Source: a virus (taxonomy: Duplodnaviria > Heunggongvirae > Uroviricota > Caudoviricetes). Taken from it: a stretch of 58,724 nucleotides of DNA. The stretch lies in the IMG/VR virus record IMGVR_UViG_3300012007_000007, positions 163,434 through 222,157 of that record; one strand, written 5' to 3'. This document shows positions 34,544 to 45,861 of the stretch, in pieces (position 1 is the stretch's first letter; each line of letters begins with the position of its first letter). The notes below the pieces were generated by a model. It had not been told where the DNA came from. It worked only from the letters and a program-made list of their open reading frames with translations, and did not search any database. Made by a program: the position numbers and the translations under genes.

Positions 34544-35686
34544 CTAAATGAAAGCCTGATATCCGGGCGCAGTAGTCCCAAAGTTCAGGTGAGCCGGCAT
34601 TCCATCGTAGCCGCCATACCCATATCCGTCATCGATGGTGTCTGGCTGCATTGGGTCAACCGTGGACAGGGATGCCGACATATTCCTCTGCAGCTCCTCT
34701 TTTACCATGAAGACAATAGACCGGATTTCCTCCTTGTCATAAATCTTCATGTTAAGCCACAGATTATGCATCTTTGGCGGCTTGATGGTCATTAGCTTAT
34801 CAAGGCACTTCAGGGAGTACTCGTAGTCGCCTTTCTCGAAGTTGTACCTGGCACGATAGTAGTAGCCCTCGCCCCGGGTGGGGAACTCCTCTATCATCTG
34901 CAATGAACGGGTCCCTAGCTCCTCAAGGTCAGTCCTCGTCATTACTATCATGGCACATATCTGCTCCATGGACTTCAGGCGGTCCTCGTTGTGCTCTTCC
35001 GGGAACTCGTCCACCGCGACGCTGTACCATTCGTAAGCATGCGCATAGTCCTTCAGGTCGGAATAGGAATTTCCGAAGTAGAAGGCGGTGCGCTGGGTTC
35101 GTTCCTGCTTCCAGGATTTGCTTAGTCCGGCAATGTTCCTGACTATGTCTCTGCCCGGCTTGTAGTTCTCGAACACTTCCTTGGTATGCACGGTCGGGGC
35201 GTTCGGGTCCGTATTGACTACCATCTCGTGGATAATACCCTTGAATTTCGCATGTTCCCTGGGAAGTATCCTCAGCCTAGGGAATGAATGAGTGGGCGTA
35301 ACCTTCGTCAGCATGCTTATACCGGCGGTTGGATACTTGGCCACTATGTTCTGGAACAATGACCTGGCATGCTTGCCATTGAGAAGTATGTCGTTGACAT
35401 CCACCCACATAACATACTGGCAGGTAGCAATCGATATTGCATAATCCTTGGCCGCGCCGAAATCAAAGACGCCATCCTTGTCGTGAAACTTGGAGCCAAC
35501 CTTGTCCAGTATCACTCTGGACTTTGGGTGACGCTTCATCCAGTCAGCAACCAACTCCAGCGTACCGTCAGAAGACCCGGTATCCACCAGGACATACTCA
35601 TTCACCATCGGTAGTAAGGCATCAAGACAGCGCAGGATGCTACCCTTGCCGTTCTTGACAACGATGCATGCACTCAACGTAGGCAT
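34544..35686 (-). CDS. GT2-family glycosyltransferase with C-terminal TPR repeats
   Basis: SACIVVKN, LVDTGSSDGT, DFGAAKD, WVDVND (DxD equivalent), IHE; helical TPR-like C terminus. Confidence 0.9.
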   Translation of the reverse strand: MPTLSACIVVKNGKGSILRCLDALLPMVNEYVLVDTGSSDGTLELVADWMKRHPKSRVILDKVGSKFHDKDGVFDFGAAKDYAISIATCQYVMWVDVNDILLNGKHARSLFQNIVAKYPTAGISMLTKVTPTHSFPRLRILPREHAKFKGIIHEMVVNTDPNAPTVHTKEVFENYKPGRDIVRNIAGLSKSWKQERTQRTAFYFGNSYSDLKDYAHAYEWYSVAVDEFPEEHNEDRLKSMEQICAMIVMTRTDLEELGTRSLQMIEEFPTRGEGYYYRARYNFEKGDYEYSLKCLDKLMTIKPPKMHNLWLNMKIYDKEEIRSIVFMVKEELQRNMSASLSTVDPMQPDTIDDGYGYGGYDGMPAHLNFGTTAPGYQAFI

Positions 35687-35698
35687 GGTGAACCCCCG

Positions 35699-36205
35699 TT
35701 AGTGGTCAGCCGGCTCTTCGTCGCGGATAATACCGTTGCCGTTATTGAAAAGGGCATCCCAGATAGCCCAGGCGTTTGGCCCCTGGATAGACACATCGGC
35801 GGAATTAATCGTATAGAGGTCAACCTCCACGGTTTCCTCCAGGGTCTTGCGGCGTTCAGCTTCCGTGGCATTGTTCTTTTCGATTACATCCTTGTATTCC
35901 TCGTCGATTGCAGCCACCTTGGCCGTAATCTCGGCACGCTGTTCTTCCGGCAGCGCAGCAAATTCGCTGGTCGTGCGCACATTGGCTTCCTCGTAAATGG
36001 CATCGTGCTTTGCGGTATATTCACCCCACTTTGGGTCTACCGGGTAAGCCTGCATAAACCCGTCATAATATGTCTTGGCCACGTTTCGGTCCATGTACAC
36101 CTTGTAGGCAATATTTCCCTTGCAGTCCCCGGAAAAAATTCGGTCCGGCTGAGCAAGAATGTTGGCGAGCTGGATAAGGTAGCTGTGCTTGACTGTCATT
36201 TTCAT
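35699..36205 (-). CDS. Hypothetical protein (168 aa), possible fibre assembly chaperone
   Basis: Helical acidic ORF directly after a tail-fibre gene; chaperone role inferred from position only. Confidence 0.55.
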   Translation of the reverse strand: MKMTVKHSYLIQLANILAQPDRIFSGDCKGNIAYKVYMDRNVAKTYYDGFMQAYPVDPKWGEYTAKHDAIYEEANVRTTSEFAALPEEQRAEITAKVAAIDEEYKDVIEKNNATEAERRKTLEETVEVDLYTINSADVSIQGPNAWAIWDALFNNGNGIIRDEEPADH

Positions 36206-36273
36206 ATGAAAATTCCTCTCTGTAGGTTTCTACGAGAGGAAAACTATATCAATTTGCTCCACCCTGCTACATT

Positions 36274-39200
36274 TTATGCCATCCGCAGCAACAAATATTG
36301 CCCATATGGTGATGTAGAGCTCGATGAACTTATATAAGAGGTCTTACGGCACAGTAAGTTTCCGTCGGTTGACGCAACTGTGCATGGACCGCCGAGCGCC
36401 CCATTGTATCCGCCACCATACACTTCGTATGCACTATAGCATATGGCGAATTCATCTCCCAGGTTCATATCATTGTTGACTGACAAAACAAGATACGCTC
36501 CACTAGTTGTCGGCAACGTACCCGCACTGATGTTGTACAGTCGTCCACGTCTCGGGTAGAATAGGATTTGCACGGGTGTTGTTCCGTAGGAAATGGAATA
36601 ACTATAGTCATCGGTCGTTACCGTCCCATCGACACTATTAATCGTCACGGGAACGTACGTGAATTCGGTAGTCAGTCCTCCGCCACCGAACGGTTTTCCC
36701 TTGTATGTGATAATTGTATTGCTCGCATCGTATCCCAGGTCGCTTTCTCTCATGCAGCCGGCTCCGTTCGGAAACAGTCCAATCTGCAAGGTTCCGTCTG
36801 GCTCCTGTGTATCGAGAATGCCCAGAACTCGTCCGCCGTATGGGCACTCGGTTGTGCCGGTTACTATTTTCGGGATAATCGGGTCGGAAGTTACGTCACT
36901 GACCCAGCCGCTAACCGGATGGTTAGTTATATAGGCAGACGGCACCGCACTGGACCCGAGCCTGATAAGACCCGGATTGCCTCTGGTACTGTCATCGTTA
37001 ACACCGCGGGCCCCAACGGGCTTTCCGGCCAAGGCTATGCCACCGGTATATATCATGGAAGCGTCTGTCTTGTTTATCATGCTCTTGATTTCCGGCTTCG
37101 TCCTGCCCTGGAATATCTTACCCACGCCGCCAGTCGCCAAGTATATGCCTTCGGGATTAAAATCGTACGGGTTATACTCAAAATAACTTTCATCACGGTT
37201 GACCGTGGCGGAATTATTCGCCGAAGGACCATTGCCATCCAGGGGACTGTAGCTCGAGTAGCACGTTGGAACCGGGAATATGCCCAGTACTTCCGGAATC
37301 TGGTAGGCTGAACTCAAAAATACCAGTGCATTCGAGTAATCGGTAGTCGCCATGTCCGCCGGAGAGAACAAAGCGTTCAACGTGGCAGCACCCTGCTGAG
37401 CCAGCACCATAACGTTGGTTAACCTGTGATTCCTGGCGGAGCCATCAGTATTCACCTCGTTTGCCTTATTTTCATGAGAATGCGGGCCATAGAAAGAACC
37501 GTCCCCGATAATTAAGCAATGTTGCATGGTGATGTTACGCGCATCGTTACCGTTTCCCAGTATAATGCTGTTCACCGTATTTGTCCCGATATTATTTGAG
37601 TCGCCAAGCACGATTGTCCTGTAAATGTCCCTGGAAGCCGCCCAGTGCTGGGATATCCGTCCATAGCCACTTTCTAGGGGAGAAAGGCCAGTACCCTGCA
37701 CGCCATCCCTGGTGACGGTCCCCAGTGTCTCACCTCCGTATGTATAGGTTCCGCGGTCCTTGTAGATAGTGGCAACCCTGTCAACATACGGGGTGTATGA
37801 TACCGCCAGGTTTTCATCCACCACGACACCCGCATGATAACCATTCTCAGCCTCCAGCTCTACGAGAGCTCCCCCGGCTTCTATAACCGGATGCTCGCCT
37901 GGACTGGATAGCAATACATAGTTACCCGCCGTAAGATTACCGGCAAGCTGTATTTCCCTGAATTTCTCCGCGGGCAGCATTATTTCCCACGTGCCACCAT
38001 TTCCACCATTGCTATTTAACCAAATATTTGATGCGCTTCTGACCGGGAAATTCGAACCGCCGCCAGCAAGGATGCTATTTCTCGTTCCTGTCGGAATGTT
38101 GCTTCCCCCAGTCAATACGAGGTTGTTCTCGAAGGTCATGTCATACGTTTCTTCGCCCGGATACCCGATTACCGTGTCGTTTGCGTCAATATACTGCGGC
38201 TGGGTCATGTTGTACTGCGTGCCACCGGTAGATGACAAAAGCGAGCTCCATATTGTACCGCGCATCCGAACTCCGTAACCGTTTACCATTACAGTGTCAT
38301 ACACGTTAGGAATTACGCTCTGCAGTAATGCATCCTCTGATTTTCCCTTCTCGGAAGCAAGCCATTGCATGTAATTGTAGTCATTCTCGGTAAGACATGA
38401 TGAGCGGTTTGCTCCGGAAAGGAAAGAATTGTTAACAACCCTACTATTCCATGCATCGGAACCAACCTTTTCAATAATATCGGTTACGCCATAGTCTCCA
38501 TATCCCTGCCCAAGTACAACAGAATCTGTAATACGCCCTATTTGGTACATGTAGTCTACAGGGTTCTCACTAGTTCTAAGAACTACACTGTCTAATATAG
38601 ACGGCGATTCCATTTCTCCTATGGCGACAGAACCTTGTATGTTAGCAAGCTTGAGTTCCTTGCCGGCATAGCGTCCAATAATCAGCGAAGTATCGGAATT
38701 TTCAATTTTTCCAAAAGCTCCACCAACTATAGTATTGTTCACATTGACGGCAGTGGCCTTGTTGTCCACTGATGACGATTCGCTGCCATAATAGCTGGTT
38801 CCCAGGAAAGCCGAATGATAACTGTTTGCCACATCGGTGTTGGTTGCTCCCAATGCAACAGTATCATGGGACAATGCATCGACTGTCGTGCTTACACCCT
38901 GGACAATTTGCCTGTCCCCGTATGCCCCGGTATCTTCACCAAGTTGCAGGCTATTCTTTCCAACGCCTGCTGCCGCCGATTCCACCTTAGTATTGACACC
39001 GCGCACCGCACCCTCCGATACAGTACCATCGACAAGATTCCTCAGATAGTCATGGGTATGGTCCTTCAGTGCATATTCAGTACAATCCTGTGTCGCTCCC
39101 CCACCGGCACAGTTTTCGGTCATGTTACGGTTAAGCAAGTGAGCCACGCCGACCCCTAGGTTGGTCACTGCCTCAGACAGGCCAGCCGTTGCGAGCAACT

Positions 39201-40662
39201 GGTTCTGATACCACGTAATAGCTTCATTTTCCACAAGGTTGTAATATACTTCCGGTTCCTTGCATATACCGGAATCCGCATCCGCCTCGAGGTGGAGAAT
39301 GAATTCGGTACGGAACCGGTCCATGCCGAACGAAGCATCCTCGGACATCGAAACTTCATCTAGCCTGATAACGGCAAACAGGATTGGGTCTGCATCCGGT
39401 GAAATTCCCACCTGGTAGTGAGTTGACCGGCAATCAGTACGATTCTCCGCATCACCCTGCTTGTAAAAATGCCTGATTGTTGCCGGAACCGCGTATATGC
39501 CTATTCGGTTGAACTTGAATGAATTCACGCTATTGCCGGAGAATATATCCTCATTTGCCGCCTCAGCCTCGCTTTCCCTTTCGTCACCAGCATTCTTTGC
39601 CTGGTATTCCAATGTGGCGAAGTATTCCTGCATACTCTGGCGAGCACCGCGCAGGTCAAGGTCAATGATATACTTGATTTGGGACAGGCTACCCTTTTCA
39701 GTAACACTCGGGTTCGTCGTGGAAGGGTCCTTGGCGTCAATCTCGTACTGTGCAATCGGGAAGAGCTTGGTCACCCTGCTCATGTTGTGGCATGATTCCT
39801 GCGCGTTTATCCCGTATCCTTCCGACGACACATGCCCATGGGCCTTGTTGAAATTGGAAATACTGACGAACTCGGCAAACTGGTCAATGTAATCATCCTC
39901 GCCACTCCTGGTCTCGGATGATGCGATGACGCCGAACGGGTCATTTTCTGAACCAGATGGGATAGACCCAAATTCGGCACCGTCCGGGCGGGGAACCGTT
40001 CCGAAATAATACCTCATGTCGGGGGTGACTAGCGGGACCGGATGTCCATCCGAGTCGAGAGCATCCGAATTGAGGGGCCAGTCGCTGCCAACCTCGTCCA
40101 CGAATTCTTCCGCGGTCATGCCCGATGTGTATGACTTTCCATGGCCAAGATAGAACAGCGGTGCAGGACAAGGAATCCTCGAATCACCCGCCACGCTTAC
40201 GTCATTGCCGTCACCCATCTGGACACCGTCATACACCTTGTAGCCCGTCCTGATATAAGACGGGGTCTCACCGCCCGACAAGCCAACTGCATTACCGTCC
40301 GTCGTCCACGTGACAAGACGGTTGCACCCCTTGTCGGCATCGTAAATGTAGCGGAAATTCGCTGACAGGTTGCGGTCGTACAAAGTTAATCGGGTAAGCG
40401 AGTTGCTGGCAATTGAGTGGCCTTCGTTCGTAATGTCGCTCTGCCATATATTGTAGATATAGTCACCGGATTCGCCGTCACCCGAACCGCTGTCCCCGGC
40501 CGTGCCGGCGTGAAAAATAAGCTCGTTGTGACTCGCGTCGAACTTGGACTGGTCGGGCACGTATGCCAACCCGTAATACCCTACCCAGTATGTCTGCCCC
40601 CCGTTGATTGTGTTCCTGTACAGAATGTCTTTTCCAGCGGAGGTAAGCGTGATGTCATTCAT
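36274..40662 (-). CDS. Long tail fibre/spike (1462 aa): baseplate-anchor N terminus plus beta-helix repeats
   Basis: ITLTSAGK...FNRIGIYA...LFAVI resembles the P2 gpH/DUF3751 anchor; NSIILG/SVVLG repeats; TATAAACTAG at 40697-40704. Confidence 0.75.
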   Translation of the reverse strand: MNDITLTSAGKDILYRNTINGGQTYWVGYYGLAYVPDQSKFDASHNELIFHAGTAGDSGSGDGESGDYIYNIWQSDITNEGHSIASNSLTRLTLYDRNLSANFRYIYDADKGCNRLVTWTTDGNAVGLSGGETPSYIRTGYKVYDGVQMGDGNDVSVAGDSRIPCPAPLFYLGHGKSYTSGMTAEEFVDEVGSDWPLNSDALDSDGHPVPLVTPDMRYYFGTVPRPDGAEFGSIPSGSENDPFGVIASSETRSGEDDYIDQFAEFVSISNFNKAHGHVSSEGYGINAQESCHNMSRVTKLFPIAQYEIDAKDPSTTNPSVTEKGSLSQIKYIIDLDLRGARQSMQEYFATLEYQAKNAGDERESEAEAANEDIFSGNSVNSFKFNRIGIYAVPATIRHFYKQGDAENRTDCRSTHYQVGISPDADPILFAVIRLDEVSMSEDASFGMDRFRTEFILHLEADADSGICKEPEVYYNLVENEAITWYQNQLLATAGLSEAVTNLGVGVAHLLNRNMTENCAGGGATQDCTEYALKDHTHDYLRNLVDGTVSEGAVRGVNTKVESAAAGVGKNSLQLGEDTGAYGDRQIVQGVSTTVDALSHDTVALGATNTDVANSYHSAFLGTSYYGSESSSVDNKATAVNVNNTIVGGAFGKIENSDTSLIIGRYAGKELKLANIQGSVAIGEMESPSILDSVVLRTSENPVDYMYQIGRITDSVVLGQGYGDYGVTDIIEKVGSDAWNSRVVNNSFLSGANRSSCLTENDYNYMQWLASEKGKSEDALLQSVIPNVYDTVMVNGYGVRMRGTIWSSLLSSTGGTQYNMTQPQYIDANDTVIGYPGEETYDMTFENNLVLTGGSNIPTGTRNSILAGGGSNFPVRSASNIWLNSNGGNGGTWEIMLPAEKFREIQLAGNLTAGNYVLLSSPGEHPVIEAGGALVELEAENGYHAGVVVDENLAVSYTPYVDRVATIYKDRGTYTYGGETLGTVTRDGVQGTGLSPLESGYGRISQHWAASRDIYRTIVLGDSNNIGTNTVNSIILGNGNDARNITMQHCLIIGDGSFYGPHSHENKANEVNTDGSARNHRLTNVMVLAQQGAATLNALFSPADMATTDYSNALVFLSSAYQIPEVLGIFPVPTCYSSYSPLDGNGPSANNSATVNRDESYFEYNPYDFNPEGIYLATGGVGKIFQGRTKPEIKSMINKTDASMIYTGGIALAGKPVGARGVNDDSTRGNPGLIRLGSSAVPSAYITNHPVSGWVSDVTSDPIIPKIVTGTTECPYGGRVLGILDTQEPDGTLQIGLFPNGAGCMRESDLGYDASNTIITYKGKPFGGGGLTTEFTYVPVTINSVDGTVTTDDYSYSISYGTTPVQILFYPRRGRLYNISAGTLPTTSGAYLVLSVNNDMNLGDEFAICYSAYEVYGGGYNGALGGPCTVASTDGNLLCRKTSYISSSSSTSPYGQYLLLRMA

Positions 40663-40748
40663 AGCAAAAAATCCAGGCTGTTCCCGTTAAAAAACTAGTT
40701 TATATACCCGGAAAGCGGCATGAAACATGCTAGAATGCGATAAGTGCC

Positions 40749-43700
40749 TCAGAACTTGCAAGTCTTGGCGCTCGGGTCGCCGTATTCGACCTTTATGTCG
40801 TCAGCGTCCCCGGCATTCACCAGAGCACCCAGCCCGGTACTCCCGGATATCCCGCCCAGGGTTATAGTCGGCTTCAGGTACACGGTATCGACCACCCTGT
40901 ATAGGAAATCCCGGAACACCACGTTAATCGGCTTGAACACCCTAATCTGTTCCCTCAGCCGTTCGATGTCGCTTTGCATTACCGAGAATTGCGGCAAGTC
41001 GGCGTTGCTGGTCACCTCGATGTCAATATACGGGGTAGGCACCCATTTCCCCTTGTCCCCGTCCTCGTATCTGGCCTCGACTTCCTTCTTCGGGATGAGT
41101 TCCTTGTATGGGTGGTTCGCGTCGGTCCAGAGCGTCAGTACATCGGCAATGACCCCGAACGTGCTCATCAGCATGTGCAGACCGGAGCGCGTCCCGCCCA
41201 GGGCATAGTATTGCGGGAGGTTAGCTATGGTCTCCCTGACAGCAAGCTCCCTGTCGGTCTTGTTCCTGTACAGGCTGCTCTCGGTCACGTCATCGCCGAG
41301 CGGTGTAATGTCATATCCGAGGAACCTGGCCAGGTACTCTATCATGTCATAGTCTATCACCCTGGCGTCTCGCAGGTAGCACAGACGTTCTATTTTCTCC
41401 GCCAGCGGATACTTCATTGACGGTATCCCCTTGAATCCCGCCTTCATGTTGTGTCTTGGGGCAACTGTAGAATAGTCCTCGCGGGACGAATATTCCTCGT
41501 CCGCTCTCCTGGTGGTATCCATCTCGTCTATGGATGGGAGGTAGAATTGCTGGTTGGCGACACACCGGTACCCAGCCATGTACACATCTGCATCGAAGGT
41601 GGCGATATCTACATCGCTGTACGTCTCGTACTTTTCCCTGGCTTCCCCGGAATTGACGTCGGTTTCGTCATACTTCCCGTTCAGGTAGCTGTACACTCCC
41701 AGGCTGGAGACCTTCATCGAGCGCTTTGACCTCACGGGAACCCAGTATCCGTTGGCCACCACTCGCCATGTCATTATCTCGCACGGGTTCTGCTGGGCAA
41801 GCGCTACCACTATGTCGCCATTCCTGAACCTGACGTTCTTCCCTCCCAACGAATGGAGTTTCCTGGTATACTCGTTCCTTAGCGAGCCCAGGTCGTCAAG
41901 CCGGTCAGTCAGCACGACTCCCCTGGAAACGACACACCCAGCCAGGCTGTCGGCGACTACCCTGTCCCCGTCCAGGGTCACTAGGCGTGCCGCCCTGCCG
42001 CCGGTTACTGCCCTTACCCGGTAGCAACCTATCTTGTTGGATAATGTATCCACGTTGTCCCGGTCGACAGTTATCAGGTTTTCCAGGCTTCCCACGACCA
42101 CATAGTCCCCGTCGCGGAGGCCGTGCTCGCGTTCCGTTATTATTTCGTCGCCAACGCCGTCGGTTATCCCGTTGTTCAGCGAATAGGTGACACGGTTGCT
42201 TACCTTGTTCCAGTCCAGGCCCTTCACGGTAAACGCATACCACCGGCCCTCGTTCAGGTACATCTCTTCCCCGTTCACTCCCAACCCCGGAACCAGGTCG
42301 GATTCCTTGGCAAAGCGCATCGTGACCTTGAATGCTTTGGGACTTATGACTTCAGTAACGGTATGCCACCCGTTATACTGGCTCGGGGTAACGTTGGCAA
42401 TTCTTACCATCGTCCGGCCGTTTATAACCTCGGCATTGTCCACAGTGAAATGCGGGAGCATGTCCTTCAGCCGCACTATGGCGGAATCCATGCCGTCAGG
42501 AATGATAGAGTCTATCCTAATGTCCTCGCCAATCGCCCACTCCGGGTTCGTGGCCGACGTATCAATCAGGTTTTTCCGGGACAGCAGTACGGAAGGTATG
42601 GCCAGGTCGCTCTTCTCGGCGTGTTCCCACACCCCGTCGGAAACATGGTATACTTCATCATCCACAAGGACGTAATCGCCCACTGCGGGGTCCCGGCGTA
42701 TGTGGAAATGGTGGCCAAGCTGCGACAGGAGGGTATTGTCCCCGCAAGATACCCTGATTGCTGTATCATCAAGGTCACCTTCATCAAGCACCGTAACACT
42801 GAATGTCGGAAGGCCGTCCGCCTTGCCAGTATCTACGTCCAGGTCGCACAGCTCCAAGATGTCTCCCGGACGAATGCCTATTGCGGGACTGACTGTCTTA
42901 ATCCTGTAGTCCTCGACGACCGCAGATACCTCGACGGTATCCATCCAGTATTGCCCAATATACCTTATGCTGGAACCCTCGCTAACCGTAACATAGGTCA
43001 TGGTCATCACGCTGATTCCCTTTTCAACGGGCGCATCGAAGCTGAAATTGTCCCCGTCGATTACATGAAGCCGGAAATATCCATTGATGTCCACGTCGTG
43101 TTCCTTGCCGAAACCGGCCACACGTATCAGGGCGCCCTCCACCATGCCGTGCCCGGCGGATGCCACCGTGACGGTCCAATGGTCCCCCATGTACTCAACC
43201 GGGATAGATACTGGGTTGTCCACATCCAGCGGGATATATGCTTCCGTTCCGCGCTTCACGAGCGGGTAAGTGATGTTCCACTTGGCCTTGCTGTCAAGCG
43301 TGGCCGTGACAGCATCTATCCTGGTCTCTATGTATGAATCTCCGCCTGACCTGGCTGAACTAAATATGTCTACCGAACCATTCCTGTCACGGTTGTTCAT
43401 GTTCATCATGGTACCGTAATTCAGGAACTCCCGGTGCTCCCAGCCGTATTTCAGGCGGTTCTCGACGACCTTCGTTATGTACAACGGTCTGGTGACTATC
43501 GACATATCGCCAAGATAATCCACAGTACCCCCGTAGTCAAGAGCCTTAACCTGGCCATAGTACGGCATGAACTTGTTGTATATCTCCGTATACTCCGTCC
43601 TGAACTTGCTTACCTTGTCCAGCTTGAAGTACTCCATGTTACCCGGAAGGTCGCCATCCTGCGGTACGCACGGCGAGGTGCACCGGTATATGTTGCCGTC

Positions 43701-45860
43701 TTCCGGACAGTAGACGGTTTCACCGACGCTGTACCTTCGGTTCGTTACAAACTCGGTTACTTTCACTTCACCCTGAATCAGTTCCATGAAAGCACTGTTT
43801 CCCTTGCTGTCGTATACGTAGAACAGCCCGTCGGTAAACACGTCCCCGGCATACTTGGTGCACTTGCCGGACCAATTCCCATCCGTTCCCCGGGTCACCC
43901 CGGTAATTTTCCGGGCACGCCCCCACTTGTTGCCCGTGGCGCCGACGCTTTCCCTGGTAGGATAAACATTGGCGACCGTGCAGGCATACGTAACTTCCTT
44001 GGCCTCCGCATCATACGGAATATCCCCGGGCACAAATTCTATTTCCCCAGTAAGCCGGTTTACCGAAGTCACCCTGGCGTTGTAAGTGCTGCCGCCAGGA
44101 GCATGACACTCGAGGTAGCCGGTTACATCGCCACTCAATTCGTCTGAACATACCGCCGACGCAACCTTGTCCAATGACCCGTCCGAATAATCCCCACCAG
44201 AATACGGGTTCCATTGACCTTTTCCCGGGCCAGTAACCTTCATTATGCCGGTCATACCGTACATCAGCTGTACGTTCCCGCAGTAACTCCAGTTCAACGG
44301 AACATCCATCCGCACGCTTACCTGGCCATCGTATTCGGGAACGACGCTCTTGACCGTGTGTATCCCATCCCATATAGTATTCCCGCAATAAATGTCCATT
44401 CCAGGAAGGACGGTACCGTATATGTTCCCGGGAGCATAGAAAGTGTATGCGCCGTCCTTCGACGGCTTGCGCCGGTCATCGAAATAGAACACCGTGCCGG
44501 CGGTTTCCGTGTCGGCCCCGCACCTTTCTATTGTAGCCGTGGCCCAGTCGATGTGCCCCATCTCCGGGCTGTCCTTCCAATGAATTAGCGGCGTGGACGT
44601 ACGGAAATCGGGCATTCCCTTCGTATAAAACAGCGGAAAATTCAAAACGCAATTGTCGCTGGCCGGTATGGTGTCGGAGAACTCCGTCCATACCGCACTC
44701 ATGCGGGTTACGTACACTTCGTCTATGAAATATGACGGGGAAGCCACGAATTCCCCCTTGCACTCGCCGGTGTTCTTGTCGCTTACATAAAACCGGGTCC
44801 CGCTAGCCTGCGGTAGAGGGGACGATGTACGGAATTCCCAAGTACCTGTGAGTATATCAAACACGGCGTCACTGGTAAGTGCATACTTATCGGACTTCAG
44901 TGCGATGGTCGGGTCAACCGCGAGTTCCTCATTCTTTCCCATGGCATCCCCGACGGCGGAAAGCTTCGCCCCGGTAGTATCCTTCAGGTAAAACATGCCG
45001 GTTGGATACCCGTCCTTCCATTCCCACCCATCTTCCGAATAGAATGAAAGCGATGTATGGTATTTCCCGCTTGGTACATAACTCATCCCGTAGTAGTCAA
45101 CCAGTATGTCGTCCGCCACTCCATCCACACGGTCAGCGTCATATCTTACCTGCTCTGTAGCAGGTTCATTCTTGACGTCGCTTATTCTGGCAGTGAAGAA
45201 AATTTCATAGTACGTGTTGCCAGAATTCTCGCCACCGTACCGTTTCCCTATGGATGATATGTCGTCAACCAGGAATGAAATCATGCGGGTAGCCAGGTTA
45301 TCGGTATCAGTGAACGGGTCCTGGGTGGTGCCCTCGTCATCCGCTATCAGGCTATTCTTTTCCCGGCAGTAGTAATAGGCCTTCGTTATTACCGGGTCCA
45401 TCTTTATGTACCTTACGAACACCACATCGCCATCATCCATCGAGGCGACCTTCCTGTCTATACCGGATATCCCGTTAATCTCGTCATATATCTCATCGTA
45501 GGATAAGTCGATATAATACGGCGTATGCCCGGTATTTTTCCCAAATACGACATTAGATTTAACGTTTGCCCGAGGCACCGACAGGTAATAGACCCTGTCG
45601 CTTCTCCCGGAAGCCAGGGTAAACATCGTCCTGAGTCTGGATAGTGTATCCATCGCACTGGCTACCTTTGGTTCGGCGACGCACAGCTTGAACTCGAACT
45701 CTTCCACATCCTCGATATTCCTGTACGCGTCGTTGATATAGTCGCTCATCAGCTGTAGAAAGTCAACGACGTCCGGCTCGTCCACCAGGAACTCCGGGAG
45801 GTATGCTACGAAGTCGGTATATCGGAACTGTCCACGGTCATTTAGGGGTATTGGATTCAT
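40749..45860 (-). CDS. Baseplate wedge protein, gp7/P2 gpI-like (1703 aa)
   Basis: Directly after the gp6-like gene; C-terminal YLARFLGYD...NLPQYYALGGTRSG...FG motif. Confidence 0.7.
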   Translation of the reverse strand: MNPIPLNDRGQFRYTDFVAYLPEFLVDEPDVVDFLQLMSDYINDAYRNIEDVEEFEFKLCVAEPKVASAMDTLSRLRTMFTLASGRSDRVYYLSVPRANVKSNVVFGKNTGHTPYYIDLSYDEIYDEINGISGIDRKVASMDDGDVVFVRYIKMDPVITKAYYYCREKNSLIADDEGTTQDPFTDTDNLATRMISFLVDDISSIGKRYGGENSGNTYYEIFFTARISDVKNEPATEQVRYDADRVDGVADDILVDYYGMSYVPSGKYHTSLSFYSEDGWEWKDGYPTGMFYLKDTTGAKLSAVGDAMGKNEELAVDPTIALKSDKYALTSDAVFDILTGTWEFRTSSPLPQASGTRFYVSDKNTGECKGEFVASPSYFIDEVYVTRMSAVWTEFSDTIPASDNCVLNFPLFYTKGMPDFRTSTPLIHWKDSPEMGHIDWATATIERCGADTETAGTVFYFDDRRKPSKDGAYTFYAPGNIYGTVLPGMDIYCGNTIWDGIHTVKSVVPEYDGQVSVRMDVPLNWSYCGNVQLMYGMTGIMKVTGPGKGQWNPYSGGDYSDGSLDKVASAVCSDELSGDVTGYLECHAPGGSTYNARVTSVNRLTGEIEFVPGDIPYDAEAKEVTYACTVANVYPTRESVGATGNKWGRARKITGVTRGTDGNWSGKCTKYAGDVFTDGLFYVYDSKGNSAFMELIQGEVKVTEFVTNRRYSVGETVYCPEDGNIYRCTSPCVPQDGDLPGNMEYFKLDKVSKFRTEYTEIYNKFMPYYGQVKALDYGGTVDYLGDMSIVTRPLYITKVVENRLKYGWEHREFLNYGTMMNMNNRDRNGSVDIFSSARSGGDSYIETRIDAVTATLDSKAKWNITYPLVKRGTEAYIPLDVDNPVSIPVEYMGDHWTVTVASAGHGMVEGALIRVAGFGKEHDVDINGYFRLHVIDGDNFSFDAPVEKGISVMTMTYVTVSEGSSIRYIGQYWMDTVEVSAVVEDYRIKTVSPAIGIRPGDILELCDLDVDTGKADGLPTFSVTVLDEGDLDDTAIRVSCGDNTLLSQLGHHFHIRRDPAVGDYVLVDDEVYHVSDGVWEHAEKSDLAIPSVLLSRKNLIDTSATNPEWAIGEDIRIDSIIPDGMDSAIVRLKDMLPHFTVDNAEVINGRTMVRIANVTPSQYNGWHTVTEVISPKAFKVTMRFAKESDLVPGLGVNGEEMYLNEGRWYAFTVKGLDWNKVSNRVTYSLNNGITDGVGDEIITEREHGLRDGDYVVVGSLENLITVDRDNVDTLSNKIGCYRVRAVTGGRAARLVTLDGDRVVADSLAGCVVSRGVVLTDRLDDLGSLRNEYTRKLHSLGGKNVRFRNGDIVVALAQQNPCEIMTWRVVANGYWVPVRSKRSMKVSSLGVYSYLNGKYDETDVNSGEAREKYETYSDVDIATFDADVYMAGYRCVANQQFYLPSIDEMDTTRRADEEYSSREDYSTVAPRHNMKAGFKGIPSMKYPLAEKIERLCYLRDARVIDYDMIEYLARFLGYDITPLGDDVTESSLYRNKTDRELAVRETIANLPQYYALGGTRSGLHMLMSTFGVIADVLTLWTDANHPYKELIPKKEVEARYEDGDKGKWVPTPYIDIEVTSNADLPQFSVMQSDIERLREQIRVFKPINVVFRDFLYRVVDTVYLKPTITLGGISGSTGLGALVNAGDADDIKVEYGDPSAKTCKF

Positions 45861-45861
45861 C

